Positions 16,788 to 26,877 of a DNA stretch of 64,000 nucleotides are shown here, in pieces; within the stretch, counting starts at the first letter, position 1, and each line of letters opens with the position of its first letter. Under the pieces are notes generated by a model. It made no database searches. It saw only the letters and a list, made by a program, of their open reading frames with translations, and was not told the DNA's origin. The position numbers and the translations under genes are program-made. Source of the stretch: a bacterium (lineage in GTDB: Bacteria > UBA8248); contig CBDBEV010000001.1 in assembly GCA_965204535.1 (NCBI GenBank), forward strand, positions 1,440,001 to 1,504,000. Reading direction: 5' to 3'.

Positions 16788-19070
16788 CTACCCCTCGCCG
16801 GGTTTGGGCATCGTGTAGCCGACGCCGCGCACATTGTGGATGAAGGCCGGCTGTGCGGGGTCGTCGCCGAGCTTGCGGCGGAGTTTCTTCACGAAGTTGC
16901 GCACCGCCTGCACGCTCGCGTCCTCGCGCCTTGACCACACCCGGCGCAGCAGCGCGTCGTGGGTCACCACACGCCCGGCGTTCACCGAGAGCGCGCGCAG
17001 CAGTTCGTACTCGGTGGCGGTGAGTTCCACGGGGCGGCCGCCGACGCTCACGAGCCGCCGCTGGTAGTCGATGGCGAGGTCGCCGAGCGCGAAGGGCTCG
17101 GCCCCCTCGCGGCTTCTGAGCGCGGCTCCGACCCGCGCGGTGAGCTCCGCGGCGGAAAACGGCTTGACGACGTAGTCGGCCGCACCCGCCTCGAGCGCGC
17201 GCACGACGGTCTCCTCTCTCCCGTAGCCCGAGATGAAGATGACCGGCAGGTCGGAGAGTTCGGGCGTCTCGCGCATGAGCTCGACCCCGTCGCGCCCGGG
17301 CAGCATCAGGTCGAGGAGCACGAGGTGCGGCTTTATCGTCCGCACGAGGCGCGCCGCCTCCTCCGGCTCGCCCGTCACGTGCACCGTGTAGCCGGCGCCT
17401 GTGAGCGCCTCGCGGACGTGGCGCAGCGTTTCGGGGTCGTCGTCCACCACCAGGATGGAAGCGGGTTCGCGCGCTCCGACGTCCGTGCGCGGCGGGCCCG
17501 CTACGGCCTCCTCCGCCGCCGGGAGGGTGAAGGTGAAGCGCGCGCCCATGCCCGGCCCCGCGCTCTCGGCCCGGATGCGGCCCCCGTGCGCCTCCACCAG
17601 CCCCCGGCAGATGACGAGCCCCAGGCCGAACCCCGCTGCATCGGAATCGCCTGCCTCGGCGTAACGCCGGAACAGGTGGGGCAGGCGCTCGGGCGCGAAG
17701 CCCCGGCCCTCGTCGGCAACCCACAGCGCCACGCCCGCGTCCTCGCGCGCGGCGCCCACCTCGATGGGCGAGGACTCGGGAGAATGCCGCGCCGCGTTGG
17801 CGATGAGGTTGTTCAGCACCTGCACGATCCGCCGCTCGTCCGCCATCACGCGCGGGAGGTCGGGCGCCAGGTCGACCCGCAGCGTCCGGCGGCCACCGCC
17901 GGCAAGGAACGTCGTCCGCGCCTGCTCGATCAGCTCCGCCGCCTCCACGGCTTCCGTGTCGACAGAGAGCGCGCCCGCGTGGATGCGCCCCGCATCCAGC
18001 AGGTCGCCGATCAGGTCCTGCATCTGGTCGGCCCCCTGCTCGATGATACGGACGAACTGGCGCGTCTCGGCGCGGTCGAACTGGCGCGAAGCGTTCAGAA
18101 GCGCCGACGTCGAGCCCTTGATCGAGGCCAGCGGCGCGCGAAGCTCGTGGCTCACCATGCCCAGGAACTCGATGCGCAGGCGCTCGAGCTCCTCGAGCGG
18201 CGCCAGGTCCTGCATCGTCACCACCACGGACTCCACCTCCTCGTCCGTGCGGATCGGCGTCGCGTTGACCAGCACCCGGACACTGCGCTCCGCGGGGCCC
18301 GAGAGCTCGACCTCCGCGCCTCGCAGCGTCTCGGCGTCCTTCAGATCCGCGAGTGTGACCTCGCGGCCGTCCGCGAGCCGCGCGGTGACCTCCCCGAGCA
18401 CGTCCGCCCCGCTGCTCCCCGGCAGGCCCAGCGCCTCCACCATGCGCCGGGCTTCCAGGTTCAAGGCCGCGGGCTCCGACGTCCGCGCGTAGAACACCGC
18501 CACCCCCACCGGCGAGGTCTCCACCAGGGCTTCGAGGCCCGCTCGCGCGCGGCGCTCCTCGCCGTGCGCGCGGGCGTTCGCGATCGCCCCCGCCGCCTGG
18601 GAGGCGAAGAGCACCAGCAACTCCTCATCCCCGTCCGTGAAGCCCCCGCCCCCCTCCTTGTCCCCCACGAAGAAGTTCCCCATGTGCGCGCCACGGTGGT
18701 GCATCGGCGTGCCCTGGAAGGTCCGGCAAAGGCCCAGCTCGGGCGATAGCCCCAGCGAGCGGATGTGAGCGGGAAAATCGTCCACCCTGAGTGGCCCCTC
18801 CTGATCGCGGAGGTACTCGAACAGCCTGAGCCCGTCGGGCAGGCAGCTCGTCAGGCTGTGCACCTTTTCCGTGCTCAGCCCCGAGGTGACGAACTCCCTG
18901 GGCCCGCCCGACTCGTCCACCGTGGTGATCATGGCGTAGCGCGCGCCCGTGAGCGCGCGGGCGCCCTCGACGACCTCGCGCAGCACGGTCTCCGGCTCCA
19001 GGCTCGCGGTGATCCGCCCGAGCGCCGCGCACAGACGCGAGATGCGTCCCGCCTCTTCGCTTCCGTCCAT
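16788..19070 (-). CDS. Hybrid sensor-regulator: GAF-PAS-HisKA-HATPase-REC-OmpR winged helix
   Basis: F..GDEELL..FASQA (GAF); VSHELRAPL (H box); NNLIANA, DEGRG, GLGL; VVDDD, LLDLMLP, KPF (REC); LTATEYELL...LRRKL...NVRGVGY (wHTH). Confidence 0.92.
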   Translation of the reverse strand: MDGSEEAGRISRLCAALGRITASLEPETVLREVVEGARALTGARYAMITTVDESGGPREFVTSGLSTEKVHSLTSCLPDGLRLFEYLRDQEGPLRVDDFPAHIRSLGLSPELGLCRTFQGTPMHHRGAHMGNFFVGDKEGGGGFTDGDEELLVLFASQAAGAIANARAHGEERRARAGLEALVETSPVGVAVFYARTSEPAALNLEARRMVEALGLPGSSGADVLGEVTARLADGREVTLADLKDAETLRGAEVELSGPAERSVRVLVNATPIRTDEEVESVVVTMQDLAPLEELERLRIEFLGMVSHELRAPLASIKGSTSALLNASRQFDRAETRQFVRIIEQGADQMQDLIGDLLDAGRIHAGALSVDTEAVEAAELIEQARTTFLAGGGRRTLRVDLAPDLPRVMADERRIVQVLNNLIANAARHSPESSPIEVGAAREDAGVALWVADEGRGFAPERLPHLFRRYAEAGDSDAAGFGLGLVICRGLVEAHGGRIRAESAGPGMGARFTFTLPAAEEAVAGPPRTDVGAREPASILVVDDDPETLRHVREALTGAGYTVHVTGEPEEAARLVRTIKPHLVLLDLMLPGRDGVELMRETPELSDLPVIFISGYGREETVVRALEAGAADYVVKPFSAAELTARVGAALRSREGAEPFALGDLAIDYQRRLVSVGGRPVELTATEYELLRALSVNAGRVVTHDALLRRVWSRREDASVQAVRNFVKKLRRKLGDDPAQPAFIHNVRGVGYTMPKPGEG

Positions 19071-19197
19071 CGTTCCCCTCCAGGGCAGAAAAACAGAAGA
19101 ATGCACGTTAACGACATAAAAGTAAAGATATCGGATACGTTGATGATATGCGGCTCTGGTATGATGGAAACAACCGTTCCACCAGAGGGCAGGACCC

Positions 19198-19250
19198 GGA
19201 AAATGAGACATCGCGTGGAGAGGTTGGCGGGGCTTGCAACCGGTGGCGGC
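19198..19250 (+). promoter_or_regulatory. Conserved upstream motif, copy 2, in the divergent promoter region
   Basis: 17-bp identity with 13630-13646 and 12-bp identity with 13662-13673. Confidence 0.5.
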
Positions 19251-19322
19251 GGTAGAGCGGCGCCGGAAAATATCCGCAAAAGAGATGGTTCAACCTGAGA
19301 CTCTACTGAAGAGAGATTCACC

Positions 19323-19451
19323 ATGGATATCGTGATTTATGTCGTGATTGCGCTTGCCGCCCTTGTCGCCGTGGCCGTTTACCTGGCTCGCTCCGACCGG
19401 AAGGAAGAACCTTGGCGCCTTGCCTGCCTCCCCAAGCAGCCCAAGGGATAG
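19323..19451 (+). CDS. Putative 42-aa single-pass membrane peptide (or pseudogene start)
   Basis: MDIVIYVVIALAALVAVAVYLARSDRKEE...; purine-rich RBS; below the ORF-track cutoff. Confidence 0.4.
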   Translation: MDIVIYVVIALAALVAVAVYLARSDRKEEPWRLACLPKQPKG

Positions 19452-19723
19452 GACGAGAAACACCATGACCATCCCTGAAGCGCTCGGGGGTGCGTTCATC
19501 GACCTCCAGGGTTTCGGCAGGCTGAGGGTCGAAGAGAAACCAGCGGATTCTCCGGTGGCGCGATCAGGCATTCAGTCGTCGGGCGCCATGGCAGGGAGTT
19601 TGCGCTGGAATCGTGTCCATCCTTCTACATAGACGGCTACGAGCAAAAGGCCCGTCTTCACGATCGGGAATTGGTGGACCTCTACATTCGGCATACCACT
19701 ATGGTTCAGGTGGGGGGATTGAC

Positions 19724-20725
19724 GTGAAAAACATTCCTGTGCTGCTCGTGATGATGTTTGCGCTTACCGCCTGCATGGGAAGCGGCGGCAGCGCCCCGCC
19801 TGAGGGAGTTCCCATCAAGCTTGAGAGGAATACCGAATTCGACGGCGAGAGCTTGCGGTTTTTCGTGAGCCTGGATGATGGAACCGAGGCTTCCGTCAAC
19901 ACGACCGACGATGTTTACGCCTCCGGGCCCGGGGCAACGCCCATACCCGGCCACCGGGCGAGGACCTGGACGTTCCTCAAGATCACGGATGACGCCACAT
20001 CGGTAGCCCACGCCCTGGTGAGCTGGGACCCGGACGACCCGTCGGACTACCTCATGGCCGGCTGGTGGGCGCGGTTCCCCGACCAGGAGCCGCCGCTTTC
20101 GTTCAAGGGTTTTATGCCGTTCGGGATTATCGACGGTCCGGAACTCGACCATGGCGTCGTGCCGCAGTTGCCGATCGACGGAACGGCCTCATACGCGGGT
20201 CCGGCCGGGGGACTCTATGCATACGTGTTCGGTAGCGACTGGGGAGAGAATGAGGGCGAATTCGTGATCGAGGAATACCAGGGGGCGGTCACCTTGGCCG
20301 TTGACTTCGCGGACGGCACCCTGAAAGGCTGCATCGGGTGCGTGGGCGATCTCGTTACGCAGCGGGGGCATTTCGGCGTTTTCCTGGGCCAGGAGGTGAG
20401 CGACATGCAGGGGGTCGTCAAGGACTACGAACTCCACCTTGCCACGGCGATTATCAGGGAAGACGGCATGTTCAATCGAGACAGGGTGACGTTGAAACAC
20501 CCGGAGCGGACCGTCACGCTAGCGGAGGGGTTCTGGGGCGGGGTCCTTTCCAGCCGCCAGGACACGGACGGGAACCCCCGGCTGGTGATGGGCTTCAGCG
20601 GCGTCGTTTTTGAGGAGAACGACGGCAGCAGAGGCGAGTTAGTCGGGTCTTTCCTGGCGCTGAGCGAGCGGTTCAGGGAGAACGGGGTGTCCCGTTTCCC
20701 GCCCCCTCCTGAAAATGGCAACTGA
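19724..20725 (+). CDS. Lipoprotein with a TbpB-like handle/barrel architecture
   Basis: GTG start; lipobox LTAC then GSGGS; DYLMAGWW, LP..GTASY.G.AGGLY, VDF..GTL.G, FWGG...LVGSF. Confidence 0.7.
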   Translation: MKNIPVLLVMMFALTACMGSGGSAPPEGVPIKLERNTEFDGESLRFFVSLDDGTEASVNTTDDVYASGPGATPIPGHRARTWTFLKITDDATSVAHALVSWDPDDPSDYLMAGWWARFPDQEPPLSFKGFMPFGIIDGPELDHGVVPQLPIDGTASYAGPAGGLYAYVFGSDWGENEGEFVIEEYQGAVTLAVDFADGTLKGCIGCVGDLVTQRGHFGVFLGQEVSDMQGVVKDYELHLATAIIREDGMFNRDRVTLKHPERTVTLAEGFWGGVLSSRQDTDGNPRLVMGFSGVVFEENDGSRGELVGSFLALSERFRENGVSRFPPPPENGN

Positions 20726-20880
20726 TCGATAGACGTGCTTTTTCACCAAAGCGCGCACGCAGGCGTTGGAGCGCGCATTTCGGCTTCTCTCTCGCGCCGG
20801 ACACGAACATCGCCGCAGTGTCGGACTCGGAGATCATCCGAAGCGGCAGGTGAACGAAGAAGCCGCGGGGAGGCAAGAGA

Positions 20881-22194
20881 TTGGGAAAGGGTGTTTGGGG
20901 AGTCGCGGCGTTGTTCGCCGTGTACGCCGCGCTGTACTGGCATCATGTGATCGCTGTGGCTATGCCGCTGCAGGCGCAGTTTTCCTATTTCGCCGGTTCG
21001 TGTTCGGTGATCTGTATGGCGCTGGGCATGGTGTTCTCGGCGCGCCCGCGCGCTATGGAGGCGGCGTTCGGCGGTTTGGACCAGATGTACAGGCTGCACA
21101 AGCATCTCGGCGTCGCCGCCCTGTTGCTGTTCATAGCGCACTACGCGACCGTGCCGGGTGGACCGGAGGGAGACGCCGCGACACTCGGCGCGATTACCGC
21201 TCAAGGAGGCGCGCCCGCGCCAGTGGAGACCGCCGACCGGGAGGAAGGCCTGCCCATCGACCTCTTCGGCCTGGTCGCGATGATCGGCTTCACGCTGCTG
21301 ATCATCATCACGCTGAACCGCAAGATTCCGTATCACATCTGGCTCAGGACCCATCGGTTCATGGGGCTGTTCTTCATCGTGGTCGGCATCCACGTCTTTC
21401 TGGTGCTCCTGGACGGCGAGGAGGTCGCATTCCGCTCGGCTCCGGGCGTCTTCCTTTCGCTGCTCCTGCTCGCGGGACTGGGAGCCTATGCGTACAAGTT
21501 GCTCGTGCATCCGAAGAGGGCGAAACGCCCCTTCACCCTGACCGGGGTCAACAGGCTCGAGCGTGCGACCGAAGTGGTGCTGGAGCCAAAAGACGGAATG
21601 TTTCCCTTCGAGCCGGGGCAGTTCGCCTTCATCACCATCGACGCCGAAGGCTTCCGGGAAGCGCATCCCTTCACCATCTCCTCGGGGGCGAGAGAGGAGA
21701 GGCTTCGCTTCACGATGAAAGTGCTCGGCGACTACACCCGCCGGGTGCGCGAAACGCTGGCCGCGGGCGCCGACGTCGACGTCGAGGGGCCCTACGGACG
21801 GTTCCATCCTCTGAAGGGTCCTGAAAAACAGGTGTGGGTCGCGGGGGGAATCGGGATCACACCGTTCCTCTCAGCACTGCGCACGATGGCGCCGGGACAC
21901 GGCAAGACCGTCCGGCTCTATTACTGCGTGCGCACGGCGAGGGAGGCGCTGTTCTTCAGCGAACTGGAGGCGCGCGCGGACGAGGCGGGCGACGTGAGGA
22001 TCACGCGGTTCGACTCGGGCGCCGGTGCGCGGCTAGACGCGGACATCATCGAGGACGACCTTGATGGTGAATTGAGTGAGTGGAGCTATTATTTCTGCGG
22101 CCCGAAGTCGATGATCGATTCCCTTTCCGGCGCCTTGACCAAACGGGGCGTGCCCGCGCGAAGCATCCATACCGAAGAATTCGAGTTGCGGTGA
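20881..22194 (+). CDS. Ferric reductase-like membrane oxidoreductase with FAD/NAD(P)H-binding domains
   Basis: FGGLD.MY.LHK.LG, W..THRFMG heme histidines; PGQFAF, EAHPFTISS, EGPYGRF, AGGIGITPF, FCGP, EEFELR. Confidence 0.9.
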   Translation: MGKGVWGVAALFAVYAALYWHHVIAVAMPLQAQFSYFAGSCSVICMALGMVFSARPRAMEAAFGGLDQMYRLHKHLGVAALLLFIAHYATVPGGPEGDAATLGAITAQGGAPAPVETADREEGLPIDLFGLVAMIGFTLLIIITLNRKIPYHIWLRTHRFMGLFFIVVGIHVFLVLLDGEEVAFRSAPGVFLSLLLLAGLGAYAYKLLVHPKRAKRPFTLTGVNRLERATEVVLEPKDGMFPFEPGQFAFITIDAEGFREAHPFTISSGAREERLRFTMKVLGDYTRRVRETLAAGADVDVEGPYGRFHPLKGPEKQVWVAGGIGITPFLSALRTMAPGHGKTVRLYYCVRTAREALFFSELEARADEAGDVRITRFDSGAGARLDADIIEDDLDGELSEWSYYFCGPKSMIDSLSGALTKRGVPARSIHTEEFELR

Positions 22195-22243
22195 TTGCAC
22201 GTCATGGCACGGTGTCAATGAGCAAGACCCGCCCAGGCCTTAT

Positions 22244-22477
22244 ATGTTTTCACAGCCGGATTCCGGATTCACGGCGGGCTGCGATTGCCGTTTCCGGGCA
22301 AGGAACCTGGAAGGACGTGTTCATGACGTTTTCGTAGGCCTTTTTCTCGTGGAAACCCTGTCATTTGTGAAATACACGCAATGGAAAGGACTACAAATCA
22401 TTCCCATCGAGTTTGTGGTGGATGAAAGAAACAACCGGGCGGGGTATGGGGTTTTCAAGTACCTGACGACCCCTTGA
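22244..22477 (+). pseudogene. 3' fragment paralogous to the 38651-39121 gene
   Basis: DCRFRAR...VGLFLVETLSFVKYTQWKGLQIIPI..VVDE...AGYGVFKYL matches that protein's C-terminus. Confidence 0.75.
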
Positions 22478-22531
22478 AGCGGGAATGCGCCGGTCGAGGT
22501 CTGACGTGGGCGGGAGACGCCGGCGTGCATT

Positions 22532-23818
22532 TCAAAACGAATTCGCCGTGAGGAAGTCATCGATCAGCCGGAACATTTCGCTGAACCTGGGATTGTAGGT
22601 CAGCCGCGCCAGGGCCTCCCCGCTTGGGGCGGCCGCGGCGCCGTCGCCGAACACCTCTCCCCGCCAGGGGCGCGCGGAGGCGAGGCAGCGCGCCACCGCC
22701 TCGGCGCTCGCGCCGGAACTCTGGCCGCAGTTCCGATAGTCGCCGTCCACGCCGTAGTGCGCATTGGCAGGCGCGATATGGATCGATTGGTGGGAGAAAC
22801 CGGCGATCCGCTGTTCGGGCAGGAAACTGTTGCGGTAGCTGATCCGAGAGTCGGCCGGATCGGCCCCCTCCCGCGGGTCGCGGCGATACACGAGCAGCCG
22901 GCTGCCCGAATGAGAGAAGCGGTTCAGGAAGTAGTCGAGATTGGCGGCGGTGTTGATCACGGGGTCATCGGCGCTCTGCGCCATGAATACGGGTGCCGAG
23001 ACGCGGCGCTCTTCCAGCGATCGCGCCAACTCCCGGGTCAGCAGGAACGTTTCCGCAATGGCGTTCACCGGCATCGCCTCATAGCGCGCGTAGTCATCCC
23101 GGGCGTCCCGGTCCAGCCAATCGAAGACATGACGCAGCCAGACCGCCTGGCGGATCCACCAGGCGCGCTCGAGCGCGAGAGCGGGCGAGAATATGAAGGC
23201 CCCGCGCACCGCGGCATCGGTGAGCAAAGCGTGTATGGAGAGCAATCCACCAAGCGAAAAGCCGCCGACGAAGACTTTGTCGACGTCGGTTTGCAGCGTC
23301 TTGAGCCCGAACCGGGTCGCCGCCAGCCAGTCGCCGCGATTCGCGTCTAACAGGTCTCCCGCCCGCGTGCCGTGGCCGGGCAGCAGCATCACCCGAACCA
23401 GAAAGCAGCGCGCCGCGAACGCATCGGCCAGGTCACGCATGGCCAGGGGCATGTCGGACAAACCGTGTAGAAGCAAGACGCCCCGGCCCGGGCGGTCACT
23501 CGCCGCCGGCAGGCATCGATCGGCGGGCGCTCGCTCGAAGGGAGTCGAAGCGGCGAGCTCCGTCTCCACCCGGCGCGGGTCCATATACACCTTGTGGCGT
23601 TCGAGCCTCTTGCGCGTCTGCCGGACATAGTCGCCGAAATCGCGATAACGGCCGGGATCGAACGGCAATCCCTCGCCTGAGGGTTGAAACCGCGCGCCAT
23701 CGGCTTTCGGGCCCGGGGAAGATGTGCCGGCGGAGAGCGATTGGTCGATCGCCACGAATCCAAGCGCGGCAAGCAAACACGCCGCTGCGGCCATCACTCT
23801 CATGGTTACGTTACTCAA
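22532..23818 (-). CDS. Secreted alpha/beta hydrolase (esterase/lipase-like)
   Basis: LLLHGL, LPGHGT, GFSLG nucleophile elbow, SADDPV, FSH; signal peptide. Confidence 0.85.
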   Translation of the reverse strand: MSNVTMRVMAAAACLLAALGFVAIDQSLSAGTSSPGPKADGARFQPSGEGLPFDPGRYRDFGDYVRQTRKRLERHKVYMDPRRVETELAASTPFERAPADRCLPAASDRPGRGVLLLHGLSDMPLAMRDLADAFAARCFLVRVMLLPGHGTRAGDLLDANRGDWLAATRFGLKTLQTDVDKVFVGGFSLGGLLSIHALLTDAAVRGAFIFSPALALERAWWIRQAVWLRHVFDWLDRDARDDYARYEAMPVNAIAETFLLTRELARSLEERRVSAPVFMAQSADDPVINTAANLDYFLNRFSHSGSRLLVYRRDPREGADPADSRISYRNSFLPEQRIAGFSHQSIHIAPANAHYGVDGDYRNCGQSSGASAEAVARCLASARPWRGEVFGDGAAAAPSGEALARLTYNPRFSEMFRLIDDFLTANSF

Positions 23819-24032
23819 CTGTTTCCGCTCCCGGTTTCACTTCACCTTCCGTTCAAGATGCCATCTCCTGCGGTACGCTGCAAATCATTGATCGGGGACG
23901 GTGGACAATTGCCGGGGTGCTTTATCGGATGAGCCGCCTTCTCTTCCTCTTCGTTTTTTCCCGAAGCACGGGTATAATGGCGCTGCTCCAAAGGGTTTTC
24001 TTTCACCAGGGAAGCGCCGTGGGGGTTTCGAG

Positions 24033-25478
24033 ATGGACAGCGCCGGGTTCATCCAAAAGCTGACGGACGTGGTGGGGAAGGAATACATCCACACCGAGCC
24101 GGTGGCGCTCAGGACGTATGACTGCGACGCCCTCACGATCTACAAGGGCGTGCCATCGGCCGTCGTGTTGCCCGAGAGCACCGAGGAAGTCCGCCGAATC
24201 GTCGGGATCTGCCGCGAGTGCCGCGTACCTTTAATCGCCAGGGGCGCGGGCACGGGTCTCTCGGGAGGAGCGACGCCCCTGCCGGGCGGCGTGCTCATCG
24301 TCTTCACGCGGATGAACAGGATCCTGGAAATCGATTATGAGAACCGCCTCGCGCGCGTGCAGACGGGTGTGGTGAACCTACACCTCACGCGGAAGACGCT
24401 GCCGCACGGCTTTCACTACGCGCCCGATCCGTCGAGCCAGGCGGCATGCACCATCGGCGGCAACGCGGCGGAGAACGCGGGCGGCGCGCATTGCCTGAAA
24501 TACGGGATGACCTCGAACCACGTCCTGGAGATGACGGTCGTCCTGCCCACGGGCGAGGTCGTGCACCTGGGCGCGGACGGGGAGGATTCGCCGGGTCTGG
24601 ACCTGCGCGGATTCTTCATTGGTTCGGAGGGCACGTTCGCCGTCATCACGGAACTCACCGTGCGGCTCACGCCGAACCCCGAGAGCGTGCGCACGATGCT
24701 GGCCTGTTTCTCTCAAGTGGGGGATGCGTGCCGGACGGTGAGCGACGTCATTGCCGCAGGCGCCGTTCCCGCCGCGATGGAGTTGATGGACCGCTACACC
24801 ATCGAGGCGGTCGAGACGGTGGTCAAGGCGGGCTATCCCAGGGACGCAGAGGCCGTCTTGCTGATCGAACTCGACGGCCTGCCGTCTTCCATCAAACCGC
24901 TCGAGACCCTGATTCGCGATGTATGCGAAAAAAACCATTGCTCTTCGTTTAATATCGCGCAGACCGAAGAGGAGCGCGAGAGCCTCTGGATGGGCCGGAA
25001 AAAGGCGTTCGGCGCCTTCGGGGTCATTGCGCCCGCCTACTATTGCCTCGACGGCACGGTTCCCCGCTCGAAGCTGGCGCAGGTGCTGGAAGAATTCGAA
25101 AAAATATCCGCCCGCTATGACTTGCGCATCACCAACGTGTTTCATGCCGGGGACGGGAGCCTCCATCCCAACGTTTTATTTGACGATCAGGTGCCCGGGG
25201 AAACCGAGCGGGTGATTGAATGCGGAGCGGAGGTGTTGCGCGCGTGCATACGCGCGGGAGGTGTGCTCTCGGGCGAACACGGCATCGGCATCGAGAAGAT
25301 CAGGGAGATGAAGGAGCAGTTCGATGAACCCACGCTCGGGATCATGGAGCGCGTGCGCGACGCCATCGACGGGGACGGCCTGATGAACCCCGGCAAGATC
25401 ATGCCCGATGAGGAAAACGTGTTCCCGGTCGCTCCCGGCGGCGCCCTCGCCCGGATGGGCGGGGGGATGACGAAATAA
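24033..25478 (+). CDS. glcD: Glycolate oxidase FAD-linked subunit GlcD
   Basis: ARGAGTGLSGG, YAPDPSSQ.ACTIGGN.AENAGG.HCLKYG, FHAGDG.LHP, GEHGIG. Confidence 0.9.
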   Translation: MDSAGFIQKLTDVVGKEYIHTEPVALRTYDCDALTIYKGVPSAVVLPESTEEVRRIVGICRECRVPLIARGAGTGLSGGATPLPGGVLIVFTRMNRILEIDYENRLARVQTGVVNLHLTRKTLPHGFHYAPDPSSQAACTIGGNAAENAGGAHCLKYGMTSNHVLEMTVVLPTGEVVHLGADGEDSPGLDLRGFFIGSEGTFAVITELTVRLTPNPESVRTMLACFSQVGDACRTVSDVIAAGAVPAAMELMDRYTIEAVETVVKAGYPRDAEAVLLIELDGLPSSIKPLETLIRDVCEKNHCSSFNIAQTEEERESLWMGRKKAFGAFGVIAPAYYCLDGTVPRSKLAQVLEEFEKISARYDLRITNVFHAGDGSLHPNVLFDDQVPGETERVIECGAEVLRACIRAGGVLSGEHGIGIEKIREMKEQFDEPTLGIMERVRDAIDGDGLMNPGKIMPDEENVFPVAPGGALARMGGGMTK

Positions 25479-25483
25479 ATCCC

Positions 25484-26863
25484 GTGGCCCTCAAGCTCGA
25501 TTCGTTCGCCCAAACGATAGAAGCAGACTTAGGCGATTCCGTCCTGTTGTCGGATGAGAGGGCGGAGTCTTTCAAATTGGGCGGCAAAACGCCCTCTTTG
25601 GTGGCGAGTCCCGCCGACCACGAAGCCGTATGCCGCGTTCTCGCGCGCGCGAACGAAGCGGGTCTCGCCGTATTCCCCTGGGGGGGAGGCACGGGCAGGG
25701 GGACGGGATATGCGCCCGAGAGGTACGACGTGGCGCTCTCGCTGGAGCGCATGTCGAAAGCGGTGGAGTTTTTGAAAGACGATCTCACCGCCGTTGTGGA
25801 AGCGGGAATGAGCGTCGAGAATCTAAATAGGTTGACGGGCGCCGAGGGCCAGACGGCGGGTCTCGACCCCCCGCATCCGGGAACCTCCACGGTGGGGGGA
25901 GCCATCATCGCGGATCGTTCGGGTCCCATGCGGGTGCGCTGGGGCAAGGCGCGCGACCGCGTGATGCGCATGAAGGTGGCGCTGGCCGACGGCGCGAGCC
26001 ATACCTATGGCGCGCTGGTGGTGAAAAACGTCACCGGCTACGACATGAACCGCCTCTTGTCAGGAAGCTGGGGGACGCTGGCGGTCGTTACCGAGTTGGC
26101 GATTCGCCTCTACAAGGCTCCCGAACACATTGGAGCGAGAGCGACCTCTTTTTCATCCACAGACGCCGCGTTCAAAGCGGCCAGGGCGCTGATGGCCTCG
26201 CCTCTTATGCCCATTTGGGCGGAAGTACTGGACGATGCGCGCATCGCCTCGCTGGCATCGGGCGGCGGCATCGCCTTGCCCGGCCCCGTCAGTCTGGTGG
26301 CTTCTTTCGGGGATTTTGAAGAAGGGCTGAACGATCAACTGGCCCGCTTCGAGGAAATCCTCGCGAAAGAGGGCGGGAGCGACGTCTTGCGCCTCGACGA
26401 TGAGACAACTTCGCGCCTGGGCCGCGCCCTGGCCGATCCGCCGGGAGGAGATTTCTCCGGCTCCGAAGTGCTCTCTTTTCGGTCATCGGGCCGGCTCGAT
26501 CAACTCCCCCGATTCGCGGAGGCGGCAAGGCGCGCCGCCGATTCGGGGAAATACCGCTGCGCCATCACCGCGCACGCCGGAAGCGGCGTGCTCAGGTGCT
26601 GGCTCGCGCCGGAGTATGAAGAATCCTCCCCGTTCGAGGCGTGGCGCGTCTTCTCCTCCCTTTGCAGGGAGGGCAGGGATGAGTGCCAAGCCCGCTCGGT
26701 ACACCTGCGCCTGGATTCGGGGCCGGACTCGCTCAAGGAACAGGTATCCGTGTGGGGTGAGGACGCGCTCGAACCCGGGGCGCTGCAGGTGATGCGCAAC
26801 ATCAAGAAAACCTATGACCCGAAGGGAACTTTGAGCCCCGGCCGCTTCGTGGGCCGGACCTAG
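25484..26863 (+). CDS. glcE: Glycolate oxidase FAD-binding subunit GlcE
   Basis: GGGT, STVGG, VVKNVTGYDM.RL..GS.GTL, DP.G.L.PGR. Confidence 0.88.
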   Translation: MALKLDSFAQTIEADLGDSVLLSDERAESFKLGGKTPSLVASPADHEAVCRVLARANEAGLAVFPWGGGTGRGTGYAPERYDVALSLERMSKAVEFLKDDLTAVVEAGMSVENLNRLTGAEGQTAGLDPPHPGTSTVGGAIIADRSGPMRVRWGKARDRVMRMKVALADGASHTYGALVVKNVTGYDMNRLLSGSWGTLAVVTELAIRLYKAPEHIGARATSFSSTDAAFKAARALMASPLMPIWAEVLDDARIASLASGGGIALPGPVSLVASFGDFEEGLNDQLARFEEILAKEGGSDVLRLDDETTSRLGRALADPPGGDFSGSEVLSFRSSGRLDQLPRFAEAARRAADSGKYRCAITAHAGSGVLRCWLAPEYEESSPFEAWRVFSSLCREGRDECQARSVHLRLDSGPDSLKEQVSVWGEDALEPGALQVMRNIKKTYDPKGTLSPGRFVGRT

Positions 26864-26877
26864 GAGGAAAGCCCGAA

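Noticed and set aside
16959-18749. 596-aa ORF on the + strand
   Set aside because: Antisense shadow of the hybrid kinase; no motifs.
19222-19239. Sigma54 promoter in the shared motif
   Set aside because: GG-to-GC spacing is 8 or 12 nt, not the required 10.
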